A stretch of 64,000 nt of DNA from an uncultured Actinomycetes bacterium (GTDB lineage Bacteria > Actinomycetota > Actinomycetes > Streptosporangiales > Streptosporangiaceae): the NCBI GenBank assembly GCA_963834705.1, contig CAWICV010000014.1:77328-141327 (forward strand), written 5' to 3'. This document shows positions 8,878-23,516 of the stretch, one piece after another. Made by a program: the position numbers and the translations under genes. The first letter of the stretch is position 1. Every line of letters starts with the position of its first letter. The notes beneath the pieces are model-generated. The model was not told the DNA's origin. It ran no database searches and saw nothing but the letters and a program-made list of their open reading frames with translations.

Positions 8878-9429
8878 ATGCACCGGTTCAGCACCGGTCC
8901 GTACTCGGTGGTTGCCGCCGAGGACCTGGGGCCGGCTCACCCGGATACCGGCTGGCTGCTGCGCTCTCAGCTGGTATTCGGCGCGCTGCCCGGGGCGGTC
9001 CCGTGCGCGCGGCTGCATGCCCGGCTGGTGCTGTTCGAATGGGGCCAGGGGGGCCTGGCCGACTCGGTGGAACTGGTTGTCTCCGAGCTGATGACGAATG
9101 CGCTGCGCGCGGCCGCCCCGACCAGCCGGGGCTGGGCGGGCAGCCAGGGAATCCTGGCCGGCCCGGCCGGCGGGCTGCCGCCCATCGGGTTCCGGATGGC
9201 CTCGGACGAGCGGCAGGTGCTGGTCGAGGTGTGGGACGGCAATCCGGCCCCGCCGCTGCAGGGCTCGGGGCCGGTTAGCCAGGAGAGCGAGAACGGCCGC
9301 GGCCTATTAATGGTGCAGCAGATCAGCCGCCAGTGGGGCTACTACTATCCGGCCGCCGAGCCAGGCGAGGCCGCCCCCGGCGGGCATCCGGTCAAGGTGG
9401 TCTGGGCGCTGGTCGCCGCCGTCCGCTGA
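8878..9429 (+). CDS. Anti-sigma-factor-kinase-like ATP-binding protein (HATPase_c, AbaA/RsbW-like)
   Basis: 'VELVVSELMTNALRAA', 'VEVWDGNPAPP' and 'ENGRGLLMVQQISRQWGYY'. It is divergent from the WhiJ-like gene, the classical arrangement. ATG 8878 has 'ggagg' upstream. Confidence 0.8.
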   Translation: MHRFSTGPYSVVAAEDLGPAHPDTGWLLRSQLVFGALPGAVPCARLHARLVLFEWGQGGLADSVELVVSELMTNALRAAAPTSRGWAGSQGILAGPAGGLPPIGFRMASDERQVLVEVWDGNPAPPLQGSGPVSQESENGRGLLMVQQISRQWGYYYPAAEPGEAAPGGHPVKVVWALVAAVR

Positions 9430-9446
9430 GCGGCCAGCCGGCTGGT

Positions 9447-10134
9447 TCAGCTGGCCGGGGCCCGCCCGGTGCTGCCCCGGACGGTGAGTTCCGGCGGCAG
9501 CAGCGCCACCTCGCTGGCCGCGCCGTCGGCCAGCCGGCGGGTCAGCATCTCGACCGCCCGGTGGCCCATGTCCTCGGCCGGGATGGCCACCGAGGTCAGG
9601 TGCGGTGCGCTCGGCCACCTCGTCCGGGCAGATGGCCACCACGGACATGTCCTCGGGCACCGTCCGCCCGGCCGCCCGCAGCACGCTGAGCAGCGGCGAG
9701 ATGATCGCCTCGTTCTGCACCACGAGACCGGTGGTGCCCGGGCGGTCCTGCAGGATCCGGGTGATCGCCCCGGCCGCCGCCTCGTGGCTGGCCTCGCACG
9801 GCCGGTGCACCAGCCGGATGCCGCGCGCCGCCGCGTACTCGGCCGCACCGTGCATCGTCCGCTCCGCGAAGCCACTGCGCCGCTGGTACACCGCGGGCGC
9901 CTCGCCGATGAACGCCACTTCCCGGTGACCGAGCCCGGCCAGGTGCTCGACGCACAGCTGGCCGGCCGCGGCAAAGTCCAGATCGACGCAGGCCAGCCCG
10001 GCGGTGTCGGCGGGCACGCCGATCAGCACCGCGTCGATGCCGGTCTCCCGCAGCATCGCGATGCGTTCGTCGGCCATGCTCACGTCCATCAGGATCATCG
10101 CGTCGGCCCGGGCGCTGACCGCGACCCCCGGTGT
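9447..10134 (-). pseudogene. LacI-family regulator remnant, 5'-truncated (no HTH domain) and frameshifted near 9600
   Basis: Only sugar-binding-domain sequence is present ('...DAVLIGVPADTAGLACVDLDFAAAGQLCVEHLAGLGHREVAFIG...'). The C-terminus 'HLTSVAIPAEDMGHRAVEMLTRRLADG...LPPELTVRGSTG' continues in another frame (ORF 9447..9974). A stop codon lies just upstream of the remaining N-terminus. Confidence 0.7.
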
Positions 10135-10254
10135 TCAGCATGTGACCGAGAGTAACATAATTAAAACGGTAAGTTACGGAGATGCTTTGCCTCGCCGTGG
10201 GCAGTGCTGCTGCCATAATCTCCGGGCTGAGCGAATGGTCAGCTGAATGCCGAG

Positions 10255-10680
10255 ATGGGAGCGACGGTGCCCGACGACTGGAACAGCAAGATCATCGAGG
10301 AGTTCCGGGCCAACGACGGCAAGGTCGGCGGCCCATTCGAGGGTGCGCCGCTGCTGCTGCTGCACACCACGGGCGCGCGGAGCGGCCAGGAACGCATCAA
10401 CCCGGTCATGTACCGCGACCTGGGCAACGGCAGCTACGCGGTGTTCGCGTCCAAGGCCGGCGCGCCGACCAACCCGGACTGGTACCACAACCTGGTGGCC
10501 AACCCCCGGGTCAGCGCGGAGATCGGCACCAGGACCGGGCAGTTCACCGCCCGGGTGGCCCGCCCCGGCGAGCGGGAGCAGATCTGGGTCCCGCACAAGG
10601 AGCAGAACCCGGGCTTCGCCGACTACGAGCGGAAGACCACCCGGCAGATCCCGGTGGTGATCCTGGAGCCGGTCAGCTAA
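10255..10680 (+). CDS. Deazaflavin (F420)-dependent nitroreductase family protein (Ddn/PNPOx-like)
   Basis: 'IIEEFRANDGKVGGPFEGAPLLLLHTTGARSGQERINPVMY...ASKAGAPTNPDWYHNLVANPRV' is a hallmark of this family. Confidence 0.8.
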   Translation: MGATVPDDWNSKIIEEFRANDGKVGGPFEGAPLLLLHTTGARSGQERINPVMYRDLGNGSYAVFASKAGAPTNPDWYHNLVANPRVSAEIGTRTGQFTARVARPGEREQIWVPHKEQNPGFADYERKTTRQIPVVILEPVS

Positions 10681-10686
10681 GGCCGG

Positions 10687-11100
10687 TCACGCCGGGGTCA
10701 CCACCAGCAGCGCGATCTTCCGGCTGGTCCTGGACTGATAGCGCTGGTACCGGCCGTGGTTGCCGGCATTGACCAGCTGCCACAGCCGGGCATAGTCCGG
10801 GTCACCGGGCGGCACCACCCGGGCCGTGCCGAGCCAGTGCGCCGGGCCGACCTGCACCTGTACCTCCGGCTTGGCCGTGGCGTTGAGCAGCCAGGCGGGC
10901 GGCCGGTCGCGGCCGTTGTTCGACGCCACGAACACGTAGCCGGCGCCGTCCCGGGCATAGACCAGTGGCACGGTCCGGGACTGGCCGGTCTTCCGTCCCG
11001 TCGTGGTCAGCAGGGCGGCCCGCACGCCGCCGCCCATCCGGTGGCCGATCCGGCCACCGGTCAGCTCGTATGCCCAGCGGTGCAAGACAAGCGGATTCAT
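10687..11100 (-). CDS. Deazaflavin (F420)-dependent nitroreductase family protein, second copy
   Basis: 'LLTTTGRKTGQSRTVPLVYARDGAGYVFVASNNGRDRPPAWLLNATAKPEVQVQV'. The start was set at the internal ATG (MNPLVLHRW) rather than the long ORF start at 11247. Confidence 0.8.
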   Translation of the reverse strand: MNPLVLHRWAYELTGGRIGHRMGGGVRAALLTTTGRKTGQSRTVPLVYARDGAGYVFVASNNGRDRPPAWLLNATAKPEVQVQVGPAHWLGTARVVPPGDPDYARLWQLVNAGNHGRYQRYQSRTSRKIALLVVTPA

Positions 11101-11197
11101 AACGCTAGTGTCCCGGTTCGCGCCGCCGCCGCGGCCCGGTTTGAGGGTCCACTTTGCGGTTAGTTGACGATCCTCAGCTCGAGAAGGTTGGTCAACG

Positions 11198-12649
11198 ATG
11201 ACGCAGACCGAAACCGGTGGCCGGAACGTCCTCGCCGAACTCGACAAGCGCCCACCTACCGCGTTCTACTGGCGGCTGACCTTGCTCGCCTGCCTGGGCG
11301 GCTTCCTGTTCGGGTACGACACGTCGAACATCGGCGCCGCGCTGAACTTCGTGCCCTACCACCTGAACGGTTTCTGGACCGGTTACCTGGTGGCCGGCGC
11401 CTCGCTCGGCGCGGCGGCCGGAGCGCTCTGCGCCGGGCCGATCGCCGACCGGTTCGGCCGGAAAGCCCTGCTGATCGTGGACGCGCTGATCTACGCGGTC
11501 GGCGCGATCCTGTCCGCGGTCACCCCGGACGCGGCCGTGCTGCTGTTCGCGCGGACCCTGATCGGGCTGGCCATCGGGGCCGACTCGGCCATCGCTACCG
11601 CCTACATCGCCGAGTACGCGCCGAGCAACCGCCGCGGCGCGCTCAGCATGCTGCAGCAGTGGATGATCACCGTCGGCATCCTGGTCTCCTACATCGTCGC
11701 GCTGATCATCCTCAAGATCGCACCGGGCGCCGCGGGCACGGCGGACTGGCGGCTCATCCTCGGCATCGGCGCCGTCCCGGCGCTGATCGGCCTGGCGCTG
11801 CGGACCACGATGCCGGAATCACCGCGCTGGCTGATCCGGCACCAGAACTATGAGGGCGTGCAGAAGGCGATGGCCACGTTCGGCGCCGAGGTCTCGCTCG
11901 AGGATGTCGAGTACACCGCCCGGGAACTGGAGGAGGCCGACCGGCGCGCGCAGCGGCGCAGCAACTGGACCCCGGGTGTGCGCCGCGCGCTGATCGTGGT
12001 CTGCGTATTCTTCATCTTCCAGCAGATCACCGGGATCAACGTACCGCTGTACTACGGTCCGCACCTGCTCGGCCCGCTGTTCCAGGGCAGCAACTCGCTG
12101 GTGGACAAGACCATCTCCGGGGTCGAGGTCACGCTCATGCTCACCGCGGTCAACGTGGCCGCCACCTACTTCGCGTTCCGCTGGATCGACCGGAAGGGCC
12201 GCCGCAAGCTAGCCATCGGCGGGTACATCGGGATGGCGCTGGCTGCCCTGCTGGCGGCGGCCGGGCTGACCTGGTTCACCGCCACCCCGCGGATCGTCGT
12301 GGTGATGATCGGCCTGGCCGCGTTCATCGCCTCGTTCGCGATCGGCGTGGGCGGCACTGGCTGGCTGCTGCAGGGTGAGGTGTTCCCCACCTCGGTGCGC
12401 GGCCGGGCCGCGTCCACCGGGGCCACCGTGGACTGGCTGGCCAACTTCGCGCTGGTCGAGGTGTTCCCGGTGTGGCAGACCGGCATCGGCCTGGGCTGGG
12501 TGCTGGTCTGCTTCACCGCACTGTGCGTGATGGCTATCGGCTTCGTGTACCGGTTCGTGCCGGAGACCAAGAACCGGTCGGTGGAGGAGATCACCGAGAT
12601 CTTCGAGCACGAGGCGCGGACCGGCCAGACCGCCGCGGCCACGACGTAA
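11198..12649 (+). CDS. MFS transporter, sugar porter family
   Basis: 483 aa and 12-TM-like. Motifs '[15 protein letters not shown]', '[13 protein letters not shown]', 'PESPRWL' and '[11 protein letters not shown]'. Confidence 0.9.
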   Translation: MTQTETGGRNVLAELDKRPPTAFYWRLTLLACLGGFLFGYDTSNIGAALNFVPYHLNGFWTGYLVAGASLGAAAGALCAGPIADRFGRKALLIVDALIYAVGAILSAVTPDAAVLLFARTLIGLAIGADSAIATAYIAEYAPSNRRGALSMLQQWMITVGILVSYIVALIILKIAPGAAGTADWRLILGIGAVPALIGLALRTTMPESPRWLIRHQNYEGVQKAMATFGAEVSLEDVEYTARELEEADRRAQRRSNWTPGVRRALIVVCVFFIFQQITGINVPLYYGPHLLGPLFQGSNSLVDKTISGVEVTLMLTAVNVAATYFAFRWIDRKGRRKLAIGGYIGMALAALLAAAGLTWFTATPRIVVVMIGLAAFIASFAIGVGGTGWLLQGEVFPTSVRGRAASTGATVDWLANFALVEVFPVWQTGIGLGWVLVCFTALCVMAIGFVYRFVPETKNRSVEEITEIFEHEARTGQTAAATT

Positions 12650-12713
12650 CCGGGCGACCCGGCCGGGCCCCCGCCGCGCCCGGCCGTCACCCGGCGTCCC
12701 TCTAGGATGCGGG

Positions 12714-16381
<3,668 letters not shown>

Positions 16382-16385
<4 letters not shown>

Positions 16386-17550
16386 GTATCCCCTCGATGA
16401 CCGAGACCGCGGAACGCTGGCGCCAGGTCCGGCGCATGGTCAACCAGAACCGGGTGGCGCTGGCCGCCCAGGCCGCCCGGCTGTACCCCAGCGCGGCCCG
16501 GGCGGCCGGCACCGACCTGCTGTGCCGGCCGGAATGGCTGCCCGCCGCCCCGGTCGACCTGGCCCGGATAGCGCTGCGCTGGACCGGCCAGCCGCCGGCC
16601 CCGCGCGCCGACGCCACCGCGGCCGCGGCGCCGCACCTGCTCCCGCAGGACGCCCCGGGCGGCCCGTTCGCCAGCTACGCGGCGGCGGTGGCGGCGGTGG
16701 ACCCGCCGGCCCTGTTCCAGAACCGGGTCTGCTACCGGCTGCTGGACGCCACCCTGCGCGCCCCGGCCCAGCTCACCATGGGGCCGGCCCGCTACTTCGA
16801 CGCGATGAACCTGGGCCACGCGGTGGCGCACGAACTGGCCGCCGCCCAGGGCCCGGGCCCGGCCGGCTCGGCGCCGGCCCGGGCCCGGTCAGCCTGGCGG
16901 ACCTGCCGCTGCGCGCCGCGCTCGGCGACCCGTGCGCGCTGAGCCGGCGCACCACGCTGACCGCGGTCACCACGCTGACGCTGCGCCGGGCCGCCGACGG
17001 CACCGCGTCGTTCCCGCTGCACTGGCGCGACCCGGCCCGGGTCAACCACGCCGGCGGCGCTTACCAGGTGATGCCGGCCGGCATCTTCCAGCCGGTGACC
17101 GATGGCCCGGCCGCGCAGCAGGCCGACTTCAGCCTGTGGCGCTGCATGACCCGGGAGTTCAGCGAGGAACTCCTCGGCGGCTCAGAGGACTACCTCACCC
17201 ACGATGGGGTGCTGGACTACGGCCAGTGGGCGTTCGCCCGCGAACTGGCCGCGGCCCGGGACGCGGGCACGCTGCGGGTGCACTGCGTCGGCCTGGGGGT
17301 GGACCCGCTCACCCTGGCCACCGACCTGCTCACCGTGGCCGTGTTCGACGGCGCCGTGTTCGACCGGCTGTTCCGCGACCTGGTCACGGCGAACGCGGAA
17401 GGCCGGGTGGTCACCGAGAACGGGTCGGCGGCGATCCCGTTCACCGCGGCTACCGTGGCCCGGTTCACCGGCGGCGCCGAGCCGATGCAGACCGCCGGGT
17501 CGGCGCTGCTCCGGCTGGCCCGGCAGCACCGGCACGCCCTGCTCGGCTGA
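16382..17550 (+). pseudogene. Hypothetical protein with a Nudix-box-like motif, split over two frames near 16850-16890 (frameshift or assembly error)
   Basis: The N-terminal part is ORF 16382..16942. The C-terminal part 'VSLADLPLRAALGDP...RCMTREFSEELLG...' is only in the frame of ORF 16273..17550. The junction lies in a gggcccgggcccgg-type run. The start overlaps the oxoprolinase stop (GTGA). Confidence 0.5.
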
Positions 17551-17690
17551 CTCCGGCTGACTCCGGCTGGCCCCGGTGCGGCCAGGCGGCCCCGGCTGAC
17601 GGCCCGGGCTGGCCCCGGCTGACGCCGGCTGGCCCGGGCTGGCCCCGGGCTGGCCCCGGGCCGGCTCCGGTTGGTCCCGGAGATGCGGGC
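17545..17690. repeat. Degenerate ~10-bp tandem repeat (ggctgactcc / ggctggcccc)
   Basis: Read directly downstream of the preceding stop codon: 'ggctgactccggctgactccggctggccccgg...ggctggccccgggctggccccggg'. Confidence 0.8.
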
Positions 17691-17978
17691 ACCCGCCGCG
17701 CGAAGGCCCAGCGGGGCGCCGGGACCGGGCGCCGCCCTTAGGCGGTGGGCGGGGCGGTCCCACGAGACCACCCTGTCCCGGCCCGCCCCCAGCAGGCCTG
17801 CCACCGCTCTGCACCCGCGCGGCGGGTGACACAGCACCCAGGCTGCGCGCCCACCGCAACCGGCCGACAGGGACTTTAGGCCCGGGACCCCGGGACCCAG
17901 GTCCCGGCCCATGGGCAGGTATCACCGGCCAGGGTGGGTATCAGCTACACCAGGAATGGCCGGGCTGAGGAGGGACGC

Positions 17979-18821
17979 ATGGCAACGAAGCCAGTGGTCG
18001 CCGGGGCGGACGGCTCGCCGGAGTCGCTACGGGCGGTGGAGTGGGCGGCCCGTGAGGCGGCGCTGCGCGGCACGTCGCTGCGCGTCGTGGCCATCGCGTC
18101 AATGCCGCCGCGGATGAGCACCAACCCGGCCACGCACGACACCGTGGCCGGCCACATCGAGCAGGCGGCGTCCGACGCGCTGTCCGCCGCGGCCAGCCAG
18201 GCCAGCACGGCCGCCCCGAGGGTGGCCGTCGAAACCGCGCTCGTCGAGCACGAGGCCCCCGCCACCGCCCTGGTGGAAGCCGGCCAGGACGCCCTGATGC
18301 TGGTGCTTGGCTCACGCGGCGCGGGCGGGTTCACCGCGCTGATCCTCGGCTCGGTGAGCCGGTACGCGGCCACCCACGCCGCCTGCCCGGTGGTGGTGGT
18401 GCGCGAGGAGACCGAGTCGTCCAGCCGCGAGATCGTGGTCGGCGTGCACGACCCGGCGCAGGCCACGGCCGCGCTCGGCTTCGCGTTCGAGGCGGCCGCG
18501 CTGCGCAAGGCCAGGCTGGTCGCCACGCACGCCCGGTCCCGGTCCCCGTTCGACCGGCACGACGAGCCGGACGGCGAGGAGCAGCGCACCCTGGACGCGC
18601 TGCTGGCCAGCTGGCGGGAGAAGTACCCGGACGTACAGGCCAGCGCCGAGATCATGCACGCCCATCCGGGCCGCCTGCTGGCGGGCGCGTCAGCCCGGGC
18701 CGACCTGGTCGTGCTCGGCCGGCACGGGCCCGGCTCGGGGCATGGCCCGGGGGTGGGCTCGATCACCCACTCGGTGCTCAGCCACGCGCACGGCCCGGTG
18801 GTGTCCGTCCCCGACCCGTGA
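17979..18821 (+). CDS. Universal stress protein, tandem UspA domains
   Basis: 'KPVVAGADGSPESLRAVEWAAREAALRGTSLRVV' and a second half 'IVVGVHDPAQATAALGFAFEAA...GSITHSVLSHAHGPVVSV'. A strong RBS 'gaggaggga' precedes ATG 17979. Confidence 0.85.
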   Translation: MATKPVVAGADGSPESLRAVEWAAREAALRGTSLRVVAIASMPPRMSTNPATHDTVAGHIEQAASDALSAAASQASTAAPRVAVETALVEHEAPATALVEAGQDALMLVLGSRGAGGFTALILGSVSRYAATHAACPVVVVREETESSSREIVVGVHDPAQATAALGFAFEAAALRKARLVATHARSRSPFDRHDEPDGEEQRTLDALLASWREKYPDVQASAEIMHAHPGRLLAGASARADLVVLGRHGPGSGHGPGVGSITHSVLSHAHGPVVSVPDP

Positions 18822-18836
18822 TGCCCCAACCTGCCG

Positions 18837-19337
18837 TCAGGGCCGGACACCGGGCACCCGGCGGCCGTTCTCCAGGTAGCGGATCCCGCTGCCGCGCAGC
18901 GCGGACCGGACCCGTCGCCGGATCGGCTTGCGCAGCAGGTCCAGCGCCTTGGCCGGTGGCAGCAGCCGGTACTCGGAGATTTCCTCCGGCTGCAGCACCA
19001 GGCTGGCCAGGCTGCGGTCGGGCAGTGCGCCGCAGTCGAACAGGAAGCGCAGGCCGCCGGGCTTGCCGGGCCGCGGCGGCCGGAAGTCCACGCAGGCCAG
19101 CCGGCCCCGCTGCACGTCCAGGCCGCACTCCTCGCGGACCTCGCGGCGGCAGGCGGCCCACGGGGTCTCGCCGTCCGCCTCCATCACCCCACCGGGGATG
19201 GTCCAGCCCGACTTATAGACCGGGTTGAGGATGAGCAGCCGGCCGGCCTGGTCGAAGATCAGTGCCCCGGCCGAGGCCGGGATGGCTGGCAGCGGCAGAC
19301 CAGCATCGGCGGGCTGTGCGGCAGTCACGCCAGCCAC
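18837..19337 (-). CDS. NUDIX hydrolase
   Basis: Nudix box 'GGVMEADGETPWAACRREVREECGL'. Confidence 0.85.
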   Translation of the reverse strand: MAGVTAAQPADAGLPLPAIPASAGALIFDQAGRLLILNPVYKSGWTIPGGVMEADGETPWAACRREVREECGLDVQRGRLACVDFRPPRPGKPGGLRFLFDCGALPDRSLASLVLQPEEISEYRLLPPAKALDLLRKPIRRRVRSALRGSGIRYLENGRRVPGVRP

Positions 19338-19425
19338 GCTACGGGGTGCCTGTCACGGCTGCCCAGCCCAGCCCGCCTAACCACCCCCTCTCCCCAGCCG
19401 GCCGCCTGGACTCTAAGCTGATCAC

Positions 19426-20191
19426 GTGCCTGCGAGCAGAAGAAGTGATCTTGGTATCCCGGAGCACAGCCGGGCCTGCCTGTTCGATCTCGATGGCGTA
19501 CTCACCCAGACGGCCGTGGTGCACGCGGCCGCCTGGAAGGAGATGTTCGACAGTTTCCTCCGCCAGTGGGGGGAGCGGACCGGTGAGCACCAGGCCCCGT
19601 TCGACCCGGTGGCTGACTACGACACCTACGTGGACGGGAAGCCGCGGGCCGACGGCACGCGGTCGCTCCTGGAGTCCCGGGGGATCGAGCTGCCCGAGGG
19701 CGGCCCGGACGACGAGCCGGGCAAGCTGACCATTGCCGGTCTGGGCAACCTGAAGAACCAGATCGTGCTGCGCCGGATCGAACAGGATGGCGTCAAGCCC
19801 TACCCGGGCTCGGTCCGCTACCTGGACGCGGTCACCGCGGCCGGGCTGCGCAAGGCCGTGGTCACCTCCAGCGCGAACTGCGCCAGCGTGCTCGCCTCGG
19901 CCGGGCCTGGCCGGCAAGTTCGACGCGATCGTGGACGGCGTGGTGGCCGTGCGGCAGCACCTGGCGGGCAAGCCCGCACCGGACACCTACCTGGCCGCGG
20001 CCCGGGCCCTCGGCGTGCCCGCCGGCGCCGCGGTGGTCTACGAGGACGCGCTGGCCGGGGTGGCGTCGGGCCGGGCCGGGCACTTCGGCTACGTGGTCGG
20101 CGTGGACCGGGCCGGCCAGGCCGACGCGCTGCGCGCGTCCGGCGCCGACATCGTGATCAGCGACCTGGCCGACTTGATGGCGGACCGATGA
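19426..20191 (+). pseudogene. pgmB: Beta-phosphoglucomutase-family HAD hydrolase with a +1 frameshift near 19906 (or assembly error)
   Basis: The N-terminus 'ACLFDLDGVLTQTAVVHAAAWKEMF' runs in frame 1 to '...SVLASAG'. The continuation '[11 protein letters not shown]...[17 protein letters not shown]...[12 protein letters not shown]' is in frame 2 (ORF 19787..20191). One extra c in 'gccgggCctggcc' explains the shift. Confidence 0.75.
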
Positions 20192-22617
20192 TCAAGCACC
20201 CGTCGTTCCCGGTCAACCCGTGGTGCCTGCGCGAGACCGAACTCCACCCCGGCCTGCTGGCCCAGACCGAGTCGCTGTTCGCCCTGGCCAATGGGCATAT
20301 CGGCTGGCGTGCGAACCTGGACGAGGGGGAGCCGCACGGCCTGCCCGGGTCATATCTGAACGGGTTCTACGAGCAGCGCCCGCTGCCCTACGCGGAGGCG
20401 GGCTACGGCTACCCGGAGTCCGGCCAGACGCTGATCGACATCACCAACGGCAAGCTGATCCGGCTGCTGCTCGACGACGAGCCGTTCGACGTGCGCTACG
20501 GCCGGCTGCTGCGGCATGAGCGGGTGCTGGACCTCCAGGCCGGCACGCTGACCCGCCGCGCGGAGTGGGAGTCCCCGGCCGGCCGGCGGGTACGGGTCAC
20601 CTCGGTCCGGCTGGTCTCGTTCACCCAGCGCTCGATCGCGGCCATCAACTACCACGTCGAGCCGCTGGACGGCCCGGTCCGGGTGGTGCTCCAGTCCGAA
20701 CTGGTGGCCAACGAGCAGCTGCCCCCGCTGGGCGGCGATCCCCGGGTCGCCGCCATGCTCGAAGCGCCGCTGGAAGCGCTGGAGCACGGCAGCACCAACA
20801 GCCGGGCCGGGCTGATGCACCGGACCCGGAACAGCGACCTGACCATGTGCGCCACCATGGAGCACCGGGTGGTCTCCGACGCGCACCTGTACCAGTCCTG
20901 CGAGACCCGGCCGGACCTGGCCCGGCTGACCGTCGGCGGCCGGCTCAACCAGGGCCAGCAGCTCAACCTGATCAAGTTCGTCAGCTATGGCTGGTCGGCG
21001 GTCCGGTCCCGGCCCGCGCTGCAAGACCAGGTCGAGGGGGCGCTGTCGGTCGCGGCGGAGTCTGGCTGGGACGCGCTGCACGAAGAGCAGCGCAGTTACC
21101 TGGCCGACTTCTGGCACCGGGCCGACGTGGAACTGGACGGCGACGACGAGATCCAGCAGGCGGTCCGGTTCGGCATGTTCCACGTGCTTCAGTCGGGGGC
21201 GCGAGCCGAGGGCCGGCCGATCCCGGCCAAGGGCCTGTCCGGCAACGGTTACGACGGGCACACGTTCTGGGACGCCGAGACCTACGTGCTCCCGGTGCTC
21301 ATCTACACCATCCCGGACGCCGCCGCGCATGAGCTGCGCTGGCGGCACAGCACGCTGCCCCGGGCGAACGAGCGGGCCCGCCAGCTCGGGCTGCGCGGCG
21401 CCGCGTTCCCGTGGCGCACCATCGCCGGCCAGGAATGCTCCAGTTACTGGCCGGCCGGCACGGCCGCGTTCCATGTAAACGCGGACATCGCCGCGGCTGT
21501 GACCCGCTACGTGGACGCCACCGGCGACGACCAGTTCGCCCGCACCACCGGGCACGACCTGCTGGTCGAGACGGCGCGGCTGTGGCACTCGCTGGGCCAC
21601 CTGGATGACTCCGGCACGTTCCGCATCGACGGGGTCACCGGGCCGGACGAGTACAGCGCGATCGCGGACAACAACGTGTTCACCAACCTGATGGCCCAGG
21701 AGAACCTGCGGGTAGCCGCGGACGCGGCCGAGCGGTACCCGGCCCGGGCCCGGCACCTGCACGTCTCGGCCGACGAGATCGCCGCGTGGCGGGCCGCGGC
21801 CGACGGCATGCTGCTGCCCTATGACGAGAAACTCGGCGTGCACCCACAGTCCGAGGGCTTCACCCAGCACGAGGTCTGGGATTTCGACGGCACGCCGGCC
21901 GACGAATACCCGCTGCTCAACCACTTCCCCTACTTCGACCTGTACCGCAAGCAGGTGGTCAAGCAGGCGGACCTGGTGCTGGCCATGCAGCTGCGCCCGG
22001 ACGCGTTCACCGCCGAGCAGAAGGTGCGCAACTTCGTCTACTACGAGGCGCTCACCGTCCGGGACTCCTCGCTGTCCGCGTCCGCCCAGGCCGTCCTCGC
22101 GGCCGAGACCGGCCACCTCGACCTGGCCCACGACTACCTGGCCGAATCCGCCCTGATGGACCTGGCCGACCTGGAGCACAACACCAAAGACGGGCTGCAT
22201 CTCGCGGCGCTGGCCGGGGCGTGGATGGGGCTGGTGGCCGGCTTCGGCGGGATGCGCTGCCGGGTGGGCCAGCTGCCCAGCTTCGCGCCACGGCTGCCGC
22301 CCGCGCTGACCCGGCTCAGCTTCACGATCATGCTGCGCGGCGGCCGGGTGCAGATCAGGGTGCTGCCCGGCGAGGCCAGCTACCTGCTGGACGAGGATCC
22401 GGAGAGCCCGGGCCTCGAGATCCAGCATTACGGCCAGCCGGTCAGCCTGACCGGCGGTGCGCCGCAGACCCGCCCCATCCCGGACCAGCCGGTCCGGGAG
22501 CGGCCCGCGCAGCCGGCCGGCCGGGCGCCGGACCGGCGCGCCCCGGAGCGGGTCCGCGGCCGCCCGCCGCGCAGCCGGGCCCGGGTCAGCCGGAAACCCG
22601 CCGCCGGCCGCGGATAG
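20188..22617 (+). CDS. Glycoside hydrolase family 65 phosphorylase (trehalose/maltose/kojibiose phosphorylase type)
   Basis: '[19 protein letters not shown]...GFYE', '...[20 protein letters not shown]' and 'DNNVFTN' are typical GH65 blocks. The ATG overlaps the pgmB stop (ATGA at 20188-20191). Confidence 0.9.
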   Translation: MIKHPSFPVNPWCLRETELHPGLLAQTESLFALANGHIGWRANLDEGEPHGLPGSYLNGFYEQRPLPYAEAGYGYPESGQTLIDITNGKLIRLLLDDEPFDVRYGRLLRHERVLDLQAGTLTRRAEWESPAGRRVRVTSVRLVSFTQRSIAAINYHVEPLDGPVRVVLQSELVANEQLPPLGGDPRVAAMLEAPLEALEHGSTNSRAGLMHRTRNSDLTMCATMEHRVVSDAHLYQSCETRPDLARLTVGGRLNQGQQLNLIKFVSYGWSAVRSRPALQDQVEGALSVAAESGWDALHEEQRSYLADFWHRADVELDGDDEIQQAVRFGMFHVLQSGARAEGRPIPAKGLSGNGYDGHTFWDAETYVLPVLIYTIPDAAAHELRWRHSTLPRANERARQLGLRGAAFPWRTIAGQECSSYWPAGTAAFHVNADIAAAVTRYVDATGDDQFARTTGHDLLVETARLWHSLGHLDDSGTFRIDGVTGPDEYSAIADNNVFTNLMAQENLRVAADAAERYPARARHLHVSADEIAAWRAAADGMLLPYDEKLGVHPQSEGFTQHEVWDFDGTPADEYPLLNHFPYFDLYRKQVVKQADLVLAMQLRPDAFTAEQKVRNFVYYEALTVRDSSLSASAQAVLAAETGHLDLAHDYLAESALMDLADLEHNTKDGLHLAALAGAWMGLVAGFGGMRCRVGQLPSFAPRLPPALTRLSFTIMLRGGRVQIRVLPGEASYLLDEDPESPGLEIQHYGQPVSLTGGAPQTRPIPDQPVRERPAQPAGRAPDRRAPERVRGRPPRSRARVSRKPAAGRG

Positions 22618-22847
22618 CGCTGGTCCGGGAACCGGGCTTGGCGCACGGTCCGGACCGGTGTGGTCATCCCCCGGTCCCGCCGCGCCCGGCACGCTGGTCC
22701 TGGCCCATCACACCAGTGCTGGTCAGCCCCGTTCGTTAAGGAGGCTTTTACCGATTAGCGGGCTTTCCGTCTAGCGCGCTGGCCAGGACTGAGTCAGGCT
22801 GTGAGCCGGGAGTAAGCAGACCGGTGCACACCGGGAGGGATGGCGCG

Positions 22848-23396
22848 ATGGGACGCACTGCCGCGGCCGCGGCATCGCGACGGATCGTGGTTGGCGTGGC
22901 TGGGTCGGCCGCCTCGGCGGCGGCGGTGACCTGGGCGGCCCGGGAAGCTGAGCTACGGGGGGCGGTGCTGCACGCGGTACACGCCTGGGAGCCGGCCGAC
23001 CGGGGCCGGGCCCCGTACGCCCCGGATCCGTACCGCGGCGACCGGGATGATGAGCGGGCCGCGGCGGCGCTGCTCCGGACCGTGGTCCAGGAGGGGCTGG
23101 GCACCGCGGCGCCCGGCCCGCCCAGCTCGCTGCCGGGCACCGCGGAGCCGCTGCTGGAAGTGTCCGAGGGGCTGGCCGTCCAGGTCCTGCTGCACTCCGC
23201 GGCCGGTGCCGAACTGCTCGTGCTCGGCGGCAGCCAGCCCGCTGGGGATGCCGCGGCCCGCCCGTCCGCCGAGCTCGGTCCGGTGGCCCGGGCCTGCCTG
23301 CGGTCGGCGCCCTGCCCCGTGGTCACGGTCAGCCCGCAGCACGTCCGGCGGCCGGGCCCGCGCGTGTTCCGCAGCCTGGTCGCAGCGCTCAGCTAG
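22848..23396 (+). CDS. Universal stress protein (single UspA domain)
   Basis: 'RRIVVGVAGSAASAAAVTWAAREAELRGAVLHAVHAW...LLVLGGS...CPVVTV'. Confidence 0.75.
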   Translation: MGRTAAAAASRRIVVGVAGSAASAAAVTWAAREAELRGAVLHAVHAWEPADRGRAPYAPDPYRGDRDDERAAAALLRTVVQEGLGTAAPGPPSSLPGTAEPLLEVSEGLAVQVLLHSAAGAELLVLGGSQPAGDAAARPSAELGPVARACLRSAPCPVVTVSPQHVRRPGPRVFRSLVAALS

Positions 23397-23516
23397 ACCG
23401 CACCCGGCCGAGGGCGGGCCTAATGACCTCTGGTCACAGCAGGCCCGGAAGCCTACCGTTTTGCATGTCAAGGCCGCGGCGGTGGGCCCGGCCAGGCGAT
23501 GCGACAGGAGGCAGCG

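Noticed and set aside
8689-9018. 109-aa minus-strand ORF in the XRE/ATPase divergent region
   Set aside because: It overlaps the promoter region and the 5' end of the ATPase gene and has no motifs or RBS.
19426-22617. 1063-aa ORF that looks like a HAD-phosphatase/GH65 fusion protein
   Set aside because: The middle ~95 aa are Arg/Gly/Pro-rich and not protein-like. The real pgmB C-terminus is in another frame and ends in an ATGA overlap with a good GH65 start at 20188. The long ORF is a by-product of the frameshift.
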